The notes under the pieces: generated by a model
Database searches by the model: none
What the model was told of the DNA's origin: nothing
Seen by the model: only the letters and a program-made list of their open reading frames with translations
Translations under genes and position numbers: made by a program
Assembly (NCBI RefSeq): GCF_009914755.1
Contig: NC_060940.1
Strand: one strand, 5' to 3'
Source: the human T2T-CHM13v2.0 reference genome, Homo sapiens
Length of the DNA stretch: 64,000 bases
Shown: positions 31,673-44,285 of the stretch, one piece after another
Numbering within the stretch: position 1 is the stretch's first letter
Layout of the letters: every line of letters begins with the position of its first letter

Positions 31673-33199
31673 AGCACCAAATCCCTCCAGCCCAGTAGCA
31701 AGGAGACAGAATTTTTACTCTGTCTCTGATGAGAAGAGTGTACAAAAGGGGCATAAAGTATAAACATACAGTCCACCGTACTCTGCCCTGTGGCCAGGAA
31801 AGACATCGCTGGTCTGTCACTGAGCTGCATGAGAGATCAAATAAATTTCTATTATTCACATGTACCAGTAAAAGGGAGACTTTCTGTTATCTTGACCCAT
31901 GGTCATGATTCTGAGTGTCCCTACCAGTGAGAAAAGAAAAATGCTGAGGGTCCCTGAGCTGGGAGAGCCCTCCCGGGTTGCACCAGATAGACTTGTCCAG
32001 ACCAAAGAAGTCAGAGCTTTAGCCTGGAGTCCGGAGAGGTAAGGATGACCTGAGCCAATGTCCCAGAAAAGAGCTGAAACAAGGCAAACAGACAGCAGCA
32101 CCAAGTAATGGGCCTAGTCAAGAAGAAACAATGGAGTTTGGATAGAGAGCTGAAATGGGACACTGAGCCCAGATAATGCCTGGCAGGGGCAGTAGATCAG
32201 GCTGGAACTTTGGAATTTCCAACATTTCCTGTATCTTAAAGGACTTGGACCAAGAAGGGCAGTTAGGAGGAAGAGACCCAGAGCAGGGGATACCAGGGGA
32301 AGGTGGGAGTCTGGAAAACTGAGAAGAGGTCACAGGCAGGACCACCCATGAATGAGAGCTTGGTCCCAGGGGTGGGGACCCATGGAACTCAAAGAGCAGC
32401 TGTCATTGTCAAAACAATTTTTATCTCCAAGGAATACCCTAGACCCTATACTTTATCCCAGAGAATCCCAAGGACAAGGAAACATTTATTCCTAGTCAAG
32501 GCGATTGAGGCCACTTTGATCTTCCTGCTTGTGTGAATGAATCACGAATCCCTCCAAGTCCTGTTGAATGAATTCAACATGAGTAGAGATGCTTCCTATT
32601 CTTCTAAAATATACCACCAACATCTCTTTTCTTAAATGCTCCTGAGGTTCTCCCACTGGCCGTTGACTTCTCTGAACCTCAGTCTTCTCATCTATCAAAT
32701 GGCGAGAATAATACTGAGATGGTGACAAGCCTTAAGAGGGAATTTCAATAAGAATCAGGGAAGCCATCCTAGGCTCTCTGGTTAAGCAGTGAGAATTCTG
32801 GAGTTAAATGTCTCAGTATCATGGCCCTTGTTTGATGTTCTCTGAAATTCAATTCTGAAAGAGCCATATCTAGAAAACAAAGCCACCCATAGATAACCTG
32901 AATGTTCTTTTGCTTTGAATCTTTTGTCTTCATCTCAAGATAGTACAGGAGTCCACCTCATGAAATCTTGCTGGGTATCAGCAGCATACTGCCTCACTTG
33001 GGAAAGACCCCAATGATACCAGCAATGTCAGGAGTTCAGGAAAGTCCAGATGCCTACAAAAAACTGTTCAGGGATTGCAGGTGATTGCTGTGTGTCCCTA
33101 GAAGGTATGATTATTTGGGGAAAGCTCAGGAAGTTATTTGAGTCTCCATCGTTTCCATTCTTTGCTTATCAAGACAGGTGTGGGTCTTTATGGTAATGG

Positions 33200-33425
33200 C
33201 AATAATAGCTACCATTTATTAAGTATTTATATTGGGGATGGTTAAGTATATGCATTGTCTCTTTATAACTACCCTATGAAATGAGTAATATCATTTATCT
33301 TCATTTTAACAGTAAGGCAACTGAGGTACAGCAGGATGAAATAACTTGCCCAAGTTACCCAAACATAAAGTTGGTAAAGCTAGTATTTCAACTCAGGCTG
33401 GTGATCCAGAACCCAACTTGTAAGC
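33200..33425 (-). mobile_element. MIR
   Basis: aataatagctaccatttattaag...actgaggtacag...aacttgcccaag. Confidence 0.8.
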
Positions 33426-34188
33426 TTCTGCCTCTACTGCATTCTGAGTTGGGGGAAGTAGATGATCTTGGAAGAGATTTTTAAATCGGACAGGGAGGGT
33501 TGATTTCTATAAATATTGGTGGCAACCCTTCCCTTGATGCTGAGATTTACACACTATAATGCCAGGGGCTTGATGAATTAATAGGGTTGACTTATGTGAG
33601 TCAGACCTGTTCTTATCTTCTCTGTGTGACTCCTGCCCCAAAGGGGAAGTTAGAGAAGACAGAAAAGCAGAAGACAACAATACTGACCATCTGACCCACC
33701 CCCACCGAGCACAGCCAGGGTCAGGGTTGCCCAATTCCAGGTCTCTCACCAACTAACCTTCTAATTTTGTTGATTTCCAAATCCCAAAAGCCCCACCCAT
33801 GCAGGATTGTGGGGAGAAGAGAAGCATGTCATCCCTGCTTTTTAATTCCTTTTTTCATCTTCTTATCACAAGTTCCTTGGTAATTTTCCAATTTCAAAGG
33901 AAATATTTGGAAGGATATCTGAGGACTGAATGAGTTCATGTTTTACACCAAATGCTTTCAACATGAGAATCCGCCCAGTCGTATCTAATAAAAATATCCT
34001 TCCTGAGCTGGTACCAGGAGGTTTCATTAAAATAGCAGTCGATAAGCAGAGCTGATTTGGCACCAAGGAAAAAAAATCACAGGCATATCATGCCTTTGGA
34101 ATTCAAGAGTACAGCTGAATCAAGGCCCTTTTTAGTTGTCTTAGGACCATATTCTAAGTTTTGCCTTATCAGATACTGAGGAATACAC

Positions 34189-34370
34189 TGTGGAAGGGAA
34201 GAAATAGCTTTTCTTCCCATCTCAGGTTCATGGCTGAAACCCGTATAACAAAAGACAGAGTAACAAGAGAAAAGCATGCAAATTTATTTAATGCAAGTTT
34301 TATGTGACACAAGAACCTTTGGAAATGAAGACCCAAAGAAAAGAGGAATTCTGTGTATTTCTACATGCTA
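34189..34370. mobile_element. ERV/LTR-class fragment, family uncertain
   Basis: ataacaaaagacagagtaacaagagaaaagcat...aaatgaagacccaaag resembles a recurrent ERV1-class repeat. Confidence 0.45.
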
Positions 34371-34659
34371 ATACACATGGGGTTGCGTCTCCTGTACCCA
34401 GTCAGTACTATGTCAAATTATACTGAACTGTCAAAGTGAGAGAAGTTTCAGAAATCTTTTCTCTATCCATCGTGCCAGAGGCAGAGAAACCTGCCATGGA
34501 CCATTGCTGATGCCTTAGAAATCAGGTCCCCTCCTGCCTGTGAGTCAAAGCCTCTGTGAGCATTCTGAGAGATTTATTCCCAGGGTTTCATTCTCCTGAA
34601 CACAATTGCCCAATTAACAAAAAAGCCAGAATAGGGGCCCACACAAATGGTTCCTAATA

Positions 34660-35050
34660 TGTTCATTAATACATTTTCAAAGTTATTGCATGTCACAAAG
34701 TTACTGCATATCACCATGGGCTAGGTCCTCTGTGAGTGCTGGGGACTCCAAGTTGAACAGGGATCTCACCTACAAGGAGCTTACCATCAAACAAGGGAGG
34801 TAAGATGTACACAATGCAAGATAGGAAGTCATCATTGCTACAAGGGAATGAAAAGGAGGAAAGAATTATTCCCAGCTAGGAGGAGCATGGGATGCTTCCT
34901 GGAGGAGGCATCTGAACCAAGTTTTGATTGTAGGTGAGAAGTGGTGTCAAGGATGGGAGGGAGCATTCTCCAAGCATGCTTGGAGGAACCAAGCATAAGA
35001 GGATAGAAGACCAGGGCTGTGTGCAAACAAAGGGAATACTTAGACATTCG
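34660..35050 (-). mobile_element. L2 fragment
   Basis: gtgctggggactc...caaggagcttac...gcttcctggaggaggcatctgaac. Confidence 0.65.
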
Positions 35051-35689
35051 GGCTGCCCGGACTTAAAGGTGTATGGTTGGCTTTAATGGAAAAAAATGGT
35101 CAAAGTATAGTAATTGGCTTCTGTTTTCTGTATATAAGTTTGCTCATTAATCCAATGCACATACTGAGGTCCATTCCAGTACAGTTAATTTCTACTTCTA
35201 ACTCCATTATTTTGATACAGCAGAAACCTTGGGGTTTTGATAAAGGTGAGAGGTATAGAGAGGCATGAGCTAAAACTCTGGAAAGCAAAACATCTTTAAA
35301 GCCCTCTAATTTTTGTCACTCTGGTCTAATTCGGATGCCTTTGCATATTATGATTCCCTGACTGACACACCTTTCTCCTTTATCTTTCTCTGGGGTTCTA
35401 AAAACTTAATTCAAATATCATCTCTTTTGTGAATGAAGGCTGCCCTCTTCCTGGCCAACTGGCAGTTTTGAGCTCCAGGTTCCCTCTTCTGCTTCCTCAT
35501 CACACTCCACCCATCCATTCAGCCGTTGTCACACTCTGCTAAATTTATCTGTGTAAGTAACAACAGCAATGGTAAGGACAGACACTGTGTCCTGAGCACT
35601 CTGGATGTGCTGGGTTTTCCCTGCACCATCCGTCACTTCCTCAGAGGGACTGGAACTCATTATGGACAGGGACCTTATCCTATAATGAA

Positions 35690-35860
35690 GGGCACTGACC
35701 TCGAACCAGACTGCCTGGGTTGGGATCCTGGTTTTGCCACTTCTTTAGCTGTGTGAACTTGAGGAACTTACCAGCCTCTCTGTGCTTTGGTATTTCTCCT
35801 CTGAAATATGGGGATAGCAATAACACGCATATAATGAGTATTATTGAAATGGTCATGAAT
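35690..35860 (+). mobile_element. MIR
   Basis: ccagactgcctgggttgggatcctggttttgccacttctttagctgtgtgaacttg. Confidence 0.8.
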
Positions 35861-35999
35861 CATAAGAGAAAACAGAGGCCCCCGCGGTTTTAGTGGAGGG
35901 TGGTATATAATGTACCTAGTAGGCGTCCTATACAGAAATGTTTATTTTGTGATGTTTATTTTTAAACTCAGAGTTCTGTATGCTTAGGAACTGTGTTAA

Positions 36000-36128
36000 C
36001 CCATTTATGCCTGCGGCTGCAATTTTTTGAATTTTTGCAATCAGACCTTGGCTATGACCTTGAGCAGTAAGAGTAAATAACTCCCTCATGCTTAGTGTTC
36101 CAACAATGGAACACTAGGCATAAATGGG
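36000..36128 (-). mobile_element. MER85 (piggyBac/PGBD3 MITE)
   Basis: Perfect TIRs cccatttatgcct / aggcataaatggg, TTAA on the left and ttttaa on the right, internal gttccaacaatggaac palindrome. Confidence 0.95.
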
Positions 36129-36396
36129 TTTTAAGCACATGAGCAAATTTCCCAAGGTCCCTCCCAGCTCCAGTATTTCCCAGTCCCAGCTGCCATTCAG
36201 TGGCCTTGGGGTCATTTGGGAATGCCGTGTCATCCCAATGCATCAGGGTAGTGTCCCCCTAGGGGTAGAACCTCCTCGCCCGGGCAGGGCACCCAGTACA
36301 CAGATGTTTCAGTTTACGCCTGAGACTTACAGCTGTGGAAATACCACCCTTCAAAACATTATGCCTTTTTTGTTTCTAATACATGAATTAGGTCTC

Positions 36397-36460
36397 AAAA
36401 AAAAAAAAGAAAAAGAAAAAGAAAAAGAAAAGAAAGAAAAGAAAAAAAAAAGAAAGAAAA
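36397..36460. repeat. A-rich/(GAAAA)n tract
   Basis: Direct inspection. Confidence 0.9.
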
Positions 36461-36928
36461 GTAACAGATCTGTTTTGTGCCAGAGCTGTCTGGTCTCTCC
36501 AAACACTTAATCCAGCCGCTCTCATTGTCTGGGATCAAAGCGCCTTCCCCACACTGCAGCTTTGTTCTACTTGGAGCAGATGAACAGGCTGAAAGGAGAA
36601 CTCCTTCAGGCTTCCTGCCCCTCCCTTCCCCTGAACTTTGAGAGAACAAAGAGATTTACAAGGCAAGGATCCCAACTACAAGGTGCTAATGATCAGAATC
36701 ACATGCATCTGAGGTCTGGACAAGTGTTCCTAAGTCAGAAGGCTTCCAGGAGGGGGAGGCGCTTAAGGTAGGAGAATGGCAGCTGGGAACTAGGAACCAG
36801 GAATCAGGAGTTTGGAATTGCCTGGAGATGAGAACAAAACCTGGAATCAGGAGTGTTCAGGAATCACCTTGTAGAATACAAAGCACTCACAGGCATAGGT
36901 GCAACTCACCCAGGAAAAATACCCTCCC

Positions 36929-37022
36929 ACCAACATGGCACATGTATACATATGTAACAAACCTGCACGTTGTGCACATGTACCCTAAAACTTAAAGTAT
37001 AATAATAATAATAATAATAATA
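36929..37022 (+). mobile_element. Severely 5'-truncated primate L1 (L1PA4-6-like) with (TAA)n tail
   Basis: accaacatggcacatgtatacatatgtaacaaacctgcacgttgtgcacatgtaccctaaaacttaaagtat; TSD aa(a/g)aataccctccc at 36915-36928 and 37023-37036. Confidence 0.95.
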
Positions 37023-37194
37023 AAGAATACCCTCCCTCCGAAGGCCCCCTGCCCTCTGAGAATCTGGCAGGCTCCACTGGGTCCTCCCTGTTCCTCCCAT
37101 GCCCAGCACCTGAAAGTAGCTATTTAGTCTCAGCCTGTGCTGAGAATGACAAAAGGGTTTCCTAAGAATGGCAGAGCACAAACTCTAGGAGACC

Positions 37195-37362
37195 TGTTTA
37201 GCGTAAATCAGCATCACCTCAAGGGTTTGTTAAAATAAGATTGCTAAGCCCCAGGCTCTGAGTTTCTGATTCAGTAGGTCTAGGTAGAGCTCCAGAATTT
37301 GCATTTCTAACAAACTCCCAGATGCTGCTGGTTCAGGGACAATCCTTTGAGAATCTGTATTC
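37195..37362. mobile_element. MER5A
   Basis: agtttctgattcagtaggtct...agaatttgcatttctaacaa...gatgctgctggt...ctttgagaa. Confidence 0.88.
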
Positions 37363-37629
37363 TGAACAATTAACTCTCCAGGTTCATACACAATAAACAA
37401 TTTAGAGCCAATATAGTCTCCAATCTCAGCTTCCAGCTGCCTGTCCCAAGGATCTGGAGATCCCGTAAGCATTGGAGCAGAGTAAGCAGTCATAGCCCAA
37501 GTTAGATCTCGGTCCTTTCACGTGCATACCAGCATGGTTTGGTCGAGGTGGAAACATGCATGTCCCACTCTAAAACTCTTAATATAAACCACAGAGATGT
37601 ACTGGATAATGCTGTGAAAAGCAGAGTAA

Positions 37630-37820
37630 CCTGTCATAGCAGAGTGGGTGAGAGAGGAGATTTTTAAGGCAGACTCCCTGGATCCTGCAAGCCCACTTAC
37701 TAACTGGGTGATCATGGACGAGATGCTTAGACTGTTAGCCTCTGTCTCCTTCCTTGAAAACTGTGGAGCAAAATGAACTTCCCATCACAGGGTTGTTAGA
37801 AAGATTAAACAATATAACCC
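37630..37820 (+). mobile_element. MIR
   Basis: ccacttactaactgggtgatc...cacagggttgttagaaagattaaa. Confidence 0.7.
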
Positions 37821-38325
37821 AAATATAACCTCATATCAGGCTCTGTGGATAGCGATAGTTTTAAAAACCAATTTAAACTACATAACCTGCCTCCAATCAA
37901 ACTCTCTGCCTTTTATGGGCTTAGCTTCTGCCTGCTACCTGTGGCTGTAGGTAGGATGATTTCAACATCAGTGAGTGAAATAAATGCCTTCTCACCTAAA
38001 GTCCCAAACAGCTGATAGATACCTCATTGAGCAGAGACATGGGCACCGAGATTTCACATATGCACCTCATTACCCACCCCCACCCCTGGCAGCAAGAACA
38101 CATGGCATTCCTGTTTAACTTGGCCATGCCCAGGTTTCTGACATTTACATTCCAGCCCACACTGCCAGGGCAATGCCTGTTTCATAGCATTGCTGGGGAA
38201 AGGGTCTCGTTACATTTGCAGATATGAGCTGGAGCTTATGGAATTTCTGAGCGATTCTTTAAAGACAACCTCCAGGAAGAGAATGTTAGCTCAAGTTTTC
38301 ACAACAAATAAATCCCCAAACATTT

Positions 38326-38721
38326 TGCCTTTGTCCATTTTGTGTTGCTATAACAGAATGCCTAAGATTGAGTAGTGGGTAAAGAAATGAAATTTATTTG
38401 GCTCACAGTTCTGGAGGCTGTAAAGTCCAAAGGCATGCACCAACATCTACTCAGCATCCAATGAAGGTCTTCTTGCTACATTGTCCCCCAGCACAAGGTG
38501 GAAGGGCAAGAGAGCATGCAGGCACATGCTTGATAACCTACAGTTAGGGAAGAAAGGGGGGTGAACTCACTCTTTTATCAGGAGCCTACTCCTGAAGTTA
38601 TGGCATTAATCCATTCATAAGGGCTCTGGTCACCTCTAAAATGTGCTACCACTCAACACTGTTGCATTGGGGATTAAGTTTTCAACACATGAAACTTGGG
38701 AGACCCTTCTGAACCATTGCA
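38326..38721 (-). mobile_element. MST-family (MSTC/D-like) MaLR LTR
   Basis: gtccattttgtgttgctataacagaa...tcacagttctggaggctg...gcattggggattaagttttcaacacatgaa. Confidence 0.85.
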
Positions 38722-39710
38722 CATTTTCTACTTGAAACAAAAAGAGCAAAAAACATTATGGTGATTTTTTTTTTATCTTGTGAACCTTGATAGTAGATAC
38801 ATCAAGACTGACTCCCCCAGGACTCTGCTCAAGGAAGTGTTGAAAGGGAAGAATATCAGCTTCAGTTTAGCTGTAAGCACTCTCTGTCCATGGGCTAATT
38901 TTCTGAAGTTCTCTGTGAGCAAGTTAAGACTTTCTGTATGGTCTCAAAATAATCAAATCAATGACCAGATACCTTCGATGTCACACAGCTGAAGCAACTG
39001 TGAGGGGCAAGACAGTTCCTACAGGCTGCCAGCTGGGCTCACAGTCACTACATAATCATGGACATGGTACAAAAGGCAGACTGTGGTCCCCAACTGCTCA
39101 GAGAATCGAACAAGAGCTGTTCATGTCAGGACAGACTGGAGAGTTTAATAGATACACTATACCTTGTGAGCGAAAACTGTACCAAAAAAACAGTACACAG
39201 GGTAGTGGAACATGCCCATTAGTACAAATAGTTCTCAAATCACTTTCTCAAGTGCCAGTAAAATAAATGTTATTTTTGAGAATGTATGTAGTCAAGTTAA
39301 GCTGTCTACAACCAACCAAAGTGACTCTTCCTTGGTGAATCCAACCAAGTACTTTTTTGGGTGCTTAACTTTGGGGTTTGGGACAAGGCAGTGTTGCCCG
39401 TACCTGGAAATGGAAGCCTTATCTCTCTGGGCCAGATTCCCGCATTTCAGACTCACTGAGATAGTCAAGCAAAGTGCCAATCTATTCATTCCTCTCCAGA
39501 AATTCAGTTGTTACATAAGCCAGTGCTTTCTTCTTCATGGTCTGTCTGTTCTGTCCATGTTTCATATACACTAGGGAAAAGGTCTCCTGAGGAGTCTCAG
39601 ATCAGAGCCTGGACCAAGCTGAGGATCCACAGTAGATGAAAGTCAACAAAGAGGCCCAATACACTTGTTGGCCAGAGCTCCTGAGCCTCCAGTTATAGTT
39701 GCTGAAATAG

Positions 39711-40211
39711 TGTGGTAGACTGAATAACAGTACCAAAGACATCCACATTCTTATCCCTGGAATCCATAAATGCCTTAAATGGCAAAGGGGGTTTTGCAGT
39801 GGTGATTATATTAAGGATCTCAAGAAGTATAGATTATTTTGAATTATCAAAGTGGGCTCTAAATGTAATCATAAGTGTTCTTATAAGAGAAAGGCAAAAA
39901 GAGATTTCACTGCACAGACAGGAGTTTGTGATGAGATGACTGCAGCAAGATGCTACAGGGCTAGCCTTGAAGATGCGGAAGGGGCTGGGAGCCCAAGATG
40001 GCAAGAAACGCAGCTCTAGAAGTTAGAAAAGGCAGAAGATCACATTCTCCCTTGGAGCCTTCAGAGGATGTGCAGTCTTGGACCTTGATTTTGGCCCAGT
40101 GAAACTGATTTTGGACTTCTAACTTCCAGAAGCATGAGAAAATAAATATGTTTTGTTTTCAAGTATCAAATTTGGAATAATTTGCTATAGCAGCCACAGG
40201 AAACTAATATA
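39711..40211 (+). mobile_element. MLT1D-like solo LTR
   Basis: tgtggtagactgaataa...taaatgtaatcataagtgttcttataagag...gcagctctagaag...ggaaactaata. Confidence 0.88.
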
Positions 40212-40656
40212 ACTGAGCACTACCAAAATTCTGCTTCACTGAACTGCCCTTTTCTCTGTTCCCTATAGGCTCTTCCCATATTCTCCTTTTAACACCATCT
40301 TTCCCAGTGAGTCACCCACAACTCACTGGTCTTCCACACCTATTAATCATGTGTGGCAACCACCAAGTCACTTCAACAGGAGTTGAGACTGGGTGGAGGT
40401 GTGTTGGGTTTTCTGTGTGTGTCTAAGGTATGGCAGGCATCCAAGGTGTGTCCAAAGATGTGAGTTCTATGTCCTTGACTGTGACATTTAATCACTCAGG
40501 GCACAGGGTGTAAGATCTTAATGAGCTTTTTGACTCTACATTTCTATTTTAAACTGCAGGGATTTTTCACTTTTTCTAGAAAAGATGACAATAACTTTAC
40601 ATGATTTTGATAAGCATCAAATATATTTTTTTCCACATTCTCACAAATGCTTGCCT

Positions 40657-40880
40657 TTTTTTTTTTTAAACTTTTAGGTTCAGGGATACATGTGCAGGTT
40701 TGTTACACAGGTAAGCCTGTGTCTTGGGGGTTTATTGTACAGATTATTTCATCACCCAGATATTAAGCCTAGTACCCATTAGTTACTTTTCCTGATCCTC
40801 TCCCTCCTCCCACCCTCTACCTTCCAATCAGCCCCAGTATATATTGTTCCCCTCTATGGGTCCATGTGCTCTCATCATTT
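40657..40880 (-). mobile_element. Older L1PA 3' end
   Basis: Poly(T) then acatgtgcaggtttgttac...tacagattatttcatcaccc. Confidence 0.9.
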
Positions 40881-41019
40881 GTAATTTTATAGGTGAATTC
40901 TTTCTATAAACAACTAGTAATGGTTAACCTCTATGTAGTCCAATTTTCTATGTCACATGTAAGGGTGTGACACATATAAGGGTGACTCTATGACTGAGCA
41001 CACAATAGCCCTATGCCAT

Positions 41020-41185
41020 GGGGTACTCTTATTATGCCCATTGTACAGATGAGAAAACTGAGTTCTAGAAAGTTTGGGGAATGTGTGCAAGGTTACTTGG
41101 CTGATCAAGGTCACACAGGCAGTCAAGCTGGCACTGGAGCCTAAGCATTCTGACTCCAGGGGTCTGTCCACTTAACTGCCTCATA
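41020..41185 (-). mobile_element. MIR
   Basis: cccattgtacagatgagaaaactgag...caaggtcacacag...tctgactccag. Confidence 0.8.
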
Positions 41186-41674
41186 CCACCACACTGAATG
41201 TGTATGAGAATGACTGTAACAGTCATTATAGGTACCTTGGATCCCGAGGTAGCTCTGACCCTTGCCCCTGCCTGGTGTGCCTTTACCGGGTCCTGTCATC
41301 CCCCAGGCTTCAGTGGCTGAGACCCGTGTCCTCCCAATTCAGGAGACATGAACAGGAGCCATAGCTCAGTGCTGATGCTAATCACCTCCAAGTCTATATG
41401 TTCCATAATGAGACCACCTAAGAAGCCATGGGCTGCCCACTGCTGTGAAAACATCCTTGTCCCACTTCCAAAGCTTGTGATTTGATGGAGATGAAGCTCA
41501 GATGGAACTCCAGGGCTGAGCCTGAGCCTTGTCAATTGGAACTGAAATTTTGGTTGAAGTGTGAGGCAGTCTGTTACCGACATTCAGGAGCAGTTTAAAC
41601 ACATTGAGTCCCTTGGAGACAGAAGCTCTCAATATGCCTCCCCATGTTTTATTCTAGCCTTCTCTGTACTGATC

Positions 41675-42060
41675 CATTTCATAAATATTCATTAAGCATC
41701 TACAACTCTCTTCTGGACACCAGGGCTGGAACAATGAAGGTAGCTCTACTCTATGCATAAAAGAAACATGCAACGTGGGGCACAGGCCATTCCAGTCATG
41801 AGGATCTGGTGTTGGGGCCCAGGGAGACAGTGGCTAAATTGACCCAGAAGAATTGAGGAGGGATTCAGAAAGACATTGATGTTTAGTGGAATTGTTAAGT
41901 CTTGCCAAACATGGAGGGAAGTATGCCCTATCAAAGAGAGGGAGCAGCTTACATACACACAAACTTGAATGTGTTAATGAAAAAACATCAGTGTGGCTAG
42001 AACGCTGGGGATATGGGAGGAGAGTCAGTGGAAGGTTGGGCTTATAGTCCTAAAGGGTAG
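41675..42060 (-). mobile_element. L2 fragment
   Basis: ataaatattcattaagcatctac...gagggattcagaaagac. Confidence 0.5.
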
Positions 42061-42679
42061 AGATGCCCTTCCAGACCACAGCCTGATTGGGATTAAGATT
42101 ATATACCAGGCTTACTGCAGTGAAATCTTACATGGACTGAGCCTTCAACCTTTCTTCCCTCTCTTGCTTCAAACTCTTGAACCTGAGCTCCAAAACGTGT
42201 CACTGCAATGCTCCCATGTTAATGAGCAAACATCAAGGCATCTCATTCATATGCAAATGCTCTGACAGACACTATATGAAATGAATTCAGATGGAATATG
42301 CCAGCATCCTTTTTTTTTTAATCCTTCCAGAGAGTTATGATGTTGCTACATAAGTTAATGAGAGGAATGGAAGAGCAAACACCGCTCTCGAAACCTGTCA
42401 ACAGTATAACTATTTAGATGGGTATTAAAGCCAGACACTGTCATATAATTTGAGGGTATGGCTGAAGACATCTTAAGAATATTTTGTTTCTGACAATTGA
42501 ATCATAATTTTAATAGACATCTCCAAAAAAGAGAAGCAATGGTTGCAGCCATATAATGTTTATTTAGGAGCTGGTGAAGATCTTTGATTCAAAGTGCTGG
42601 CTGAAATGACAGAACCCAGCTCCTGGGATGTCAGAGCTGCCAAACACTTAGAATTTTATTAGAACAGTAAGTGCCCAAG

Positions 42680-42910
42680 AAATATCAACACCATACTCGA
42701 TAGGTAGGTACTATGTAAAGCGCTTTATGTATATTCTCCATTGAATCCTCACAGCAGTTTTAGGTGGCAACTTTTATTACTCTCTTTTATGGATGAGTAA
42801 ACTGAGGCAGACAGAGGGCAAGCAATTTGCCCAAGGTCACACAGCTAATGAGTGAAGGGGTTGAGATTCCAACCTAACAATCTGGCTTGACTCTTACCTA
42901 CTGTCCTCTA
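42680..42910 (-). mobile_element. MIR
   Basis: aatcctcacagcag...gatgagtaaactgaggcag...tgcccaaggtcacacagcta. Confidence 0.85.
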
Positions 42911-43429
42911 CTCCCTGTGGGCAATGAATTCTAGTGCTCTAGTCTCAAAGGTAAGGAAATAGAGCCTAATTCAGGAAAAAGTGACCTGGCCAAGCCTCCT
43001 GCAGACACTTAGCAATAAAAATATTTGCCCTTAACCCCAAGTTAAAGTGAGACTTTTATCAAGTATTACAAAGAGACAGGGTGGATTTCTGAAAGAGGAA
43101 GAGTCTTGGAGAAGCTAAAAGCTGGATTAGAATCCCAGTTTTGGTATTTGTTAGGTCTGTTGACTACAGCAAGAGTCTAAAGTTCCTCTCCCACTGTTTG
43201 ATCAAACATATCATAGGGAGACACTTACCTACCTTACAGGGTTGTCAATGGGAGGAGTTAGGCCCTAAATTAAAGTTCATGCAAAAGAATCTGACTTGTG
43301 TAATTGCCCCAAGTTCCACCCAACAGCCACACTGAGCTTCTGGGGAAGTGAGCTTTTAGGACAAAAGCTTTTAGGGCAAAAGTTGGGCAACCATCTCAGA
43401 AAATTGACACCACTAGATTGTCAAGGAAA

Positions 43430-43840
43430 CAAATTCAGTGTCCATCCACATTAAATGAACACATGGTTTGTGGTGTCATTACCCGATGGAATAGCATACA
43501 GCAACGCAAATAAACAATCTGTAACTACTCCCAACATTGATGGTTCTTCAAACATAACAGCAAGTGAAAGAAGCCAGAAGAGAGGACATGGTGTATGATT
43601 CCATTTATATAAAATACAAAGGCAGGAAAAACTATCCCATAGAGGTTCCTCTGACAGGAGACCAGTGACAGGAAGGGGGACAGTGGAGAGGGAGGATTGT
43701 TTGCTGAAACTCTGGCAATGTTTTGCTTGTTATTGTGGGAGTTAATGACACAGATTTGTTAATTTTGCAAAAATACAACAAGCTAAAGTCTGACAACATA
43801 TTCACCTTTCTGTATATTCCAATTTTTAAAAGTTTAAGAA
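43430..43840 (+). mobile_element. L1ME 3' fragment
   Basis: aagtgaaagaagccaga...tgtatgattccatttatataaaatacaaa. Confidence 0.7.
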
Positions 43841-43934
43841 CTCCAAGCATTTAAAATTCCTTTCCCAAAGAACAAAGTCTCTGATCCCATGAAGAAGGTG
43901 CAAGGCATGTCCCACCTGAGGAGAGGAAGCCCAC

Positions 43935-44285
43935 TATATTAATCTGATCTCATGCTGCTAATAAAGACATAACTGAGGCTGGATAATTTTATAAAGGAAA
44001 AGAGGTCTAATTTAGTCACAGTTCCACATGGCTGGGGAGGCCTCACACAAAGGAGGAGCAAAGTCACATCTTGCATGGTGGCAGGCAAGACAGAGCTTGT
44101 GCAGGGGAACTCCCCTTGATAAAACCATCAGATCTTGTGAGACTTATTCACTACCACAAGAACAGCATGGGAAAGACCCACCCACATGATTCAATTACCT
44201 CCCACTGGGTCCTTCCCAGGATATGGAATTGTGGGAGCTACAATTCAAGATGAGATTTGGGTGGAGACACAGCCAAACCATATCA
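43935..44285 (-). mobile_element. THE1 solo LTR, complete
   Basis: Ends gagatttgggtggagacacagccaaaccatatca; perfect TSD cccac at 43930-43934 and 44286-44290. Confidence 0.95.
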
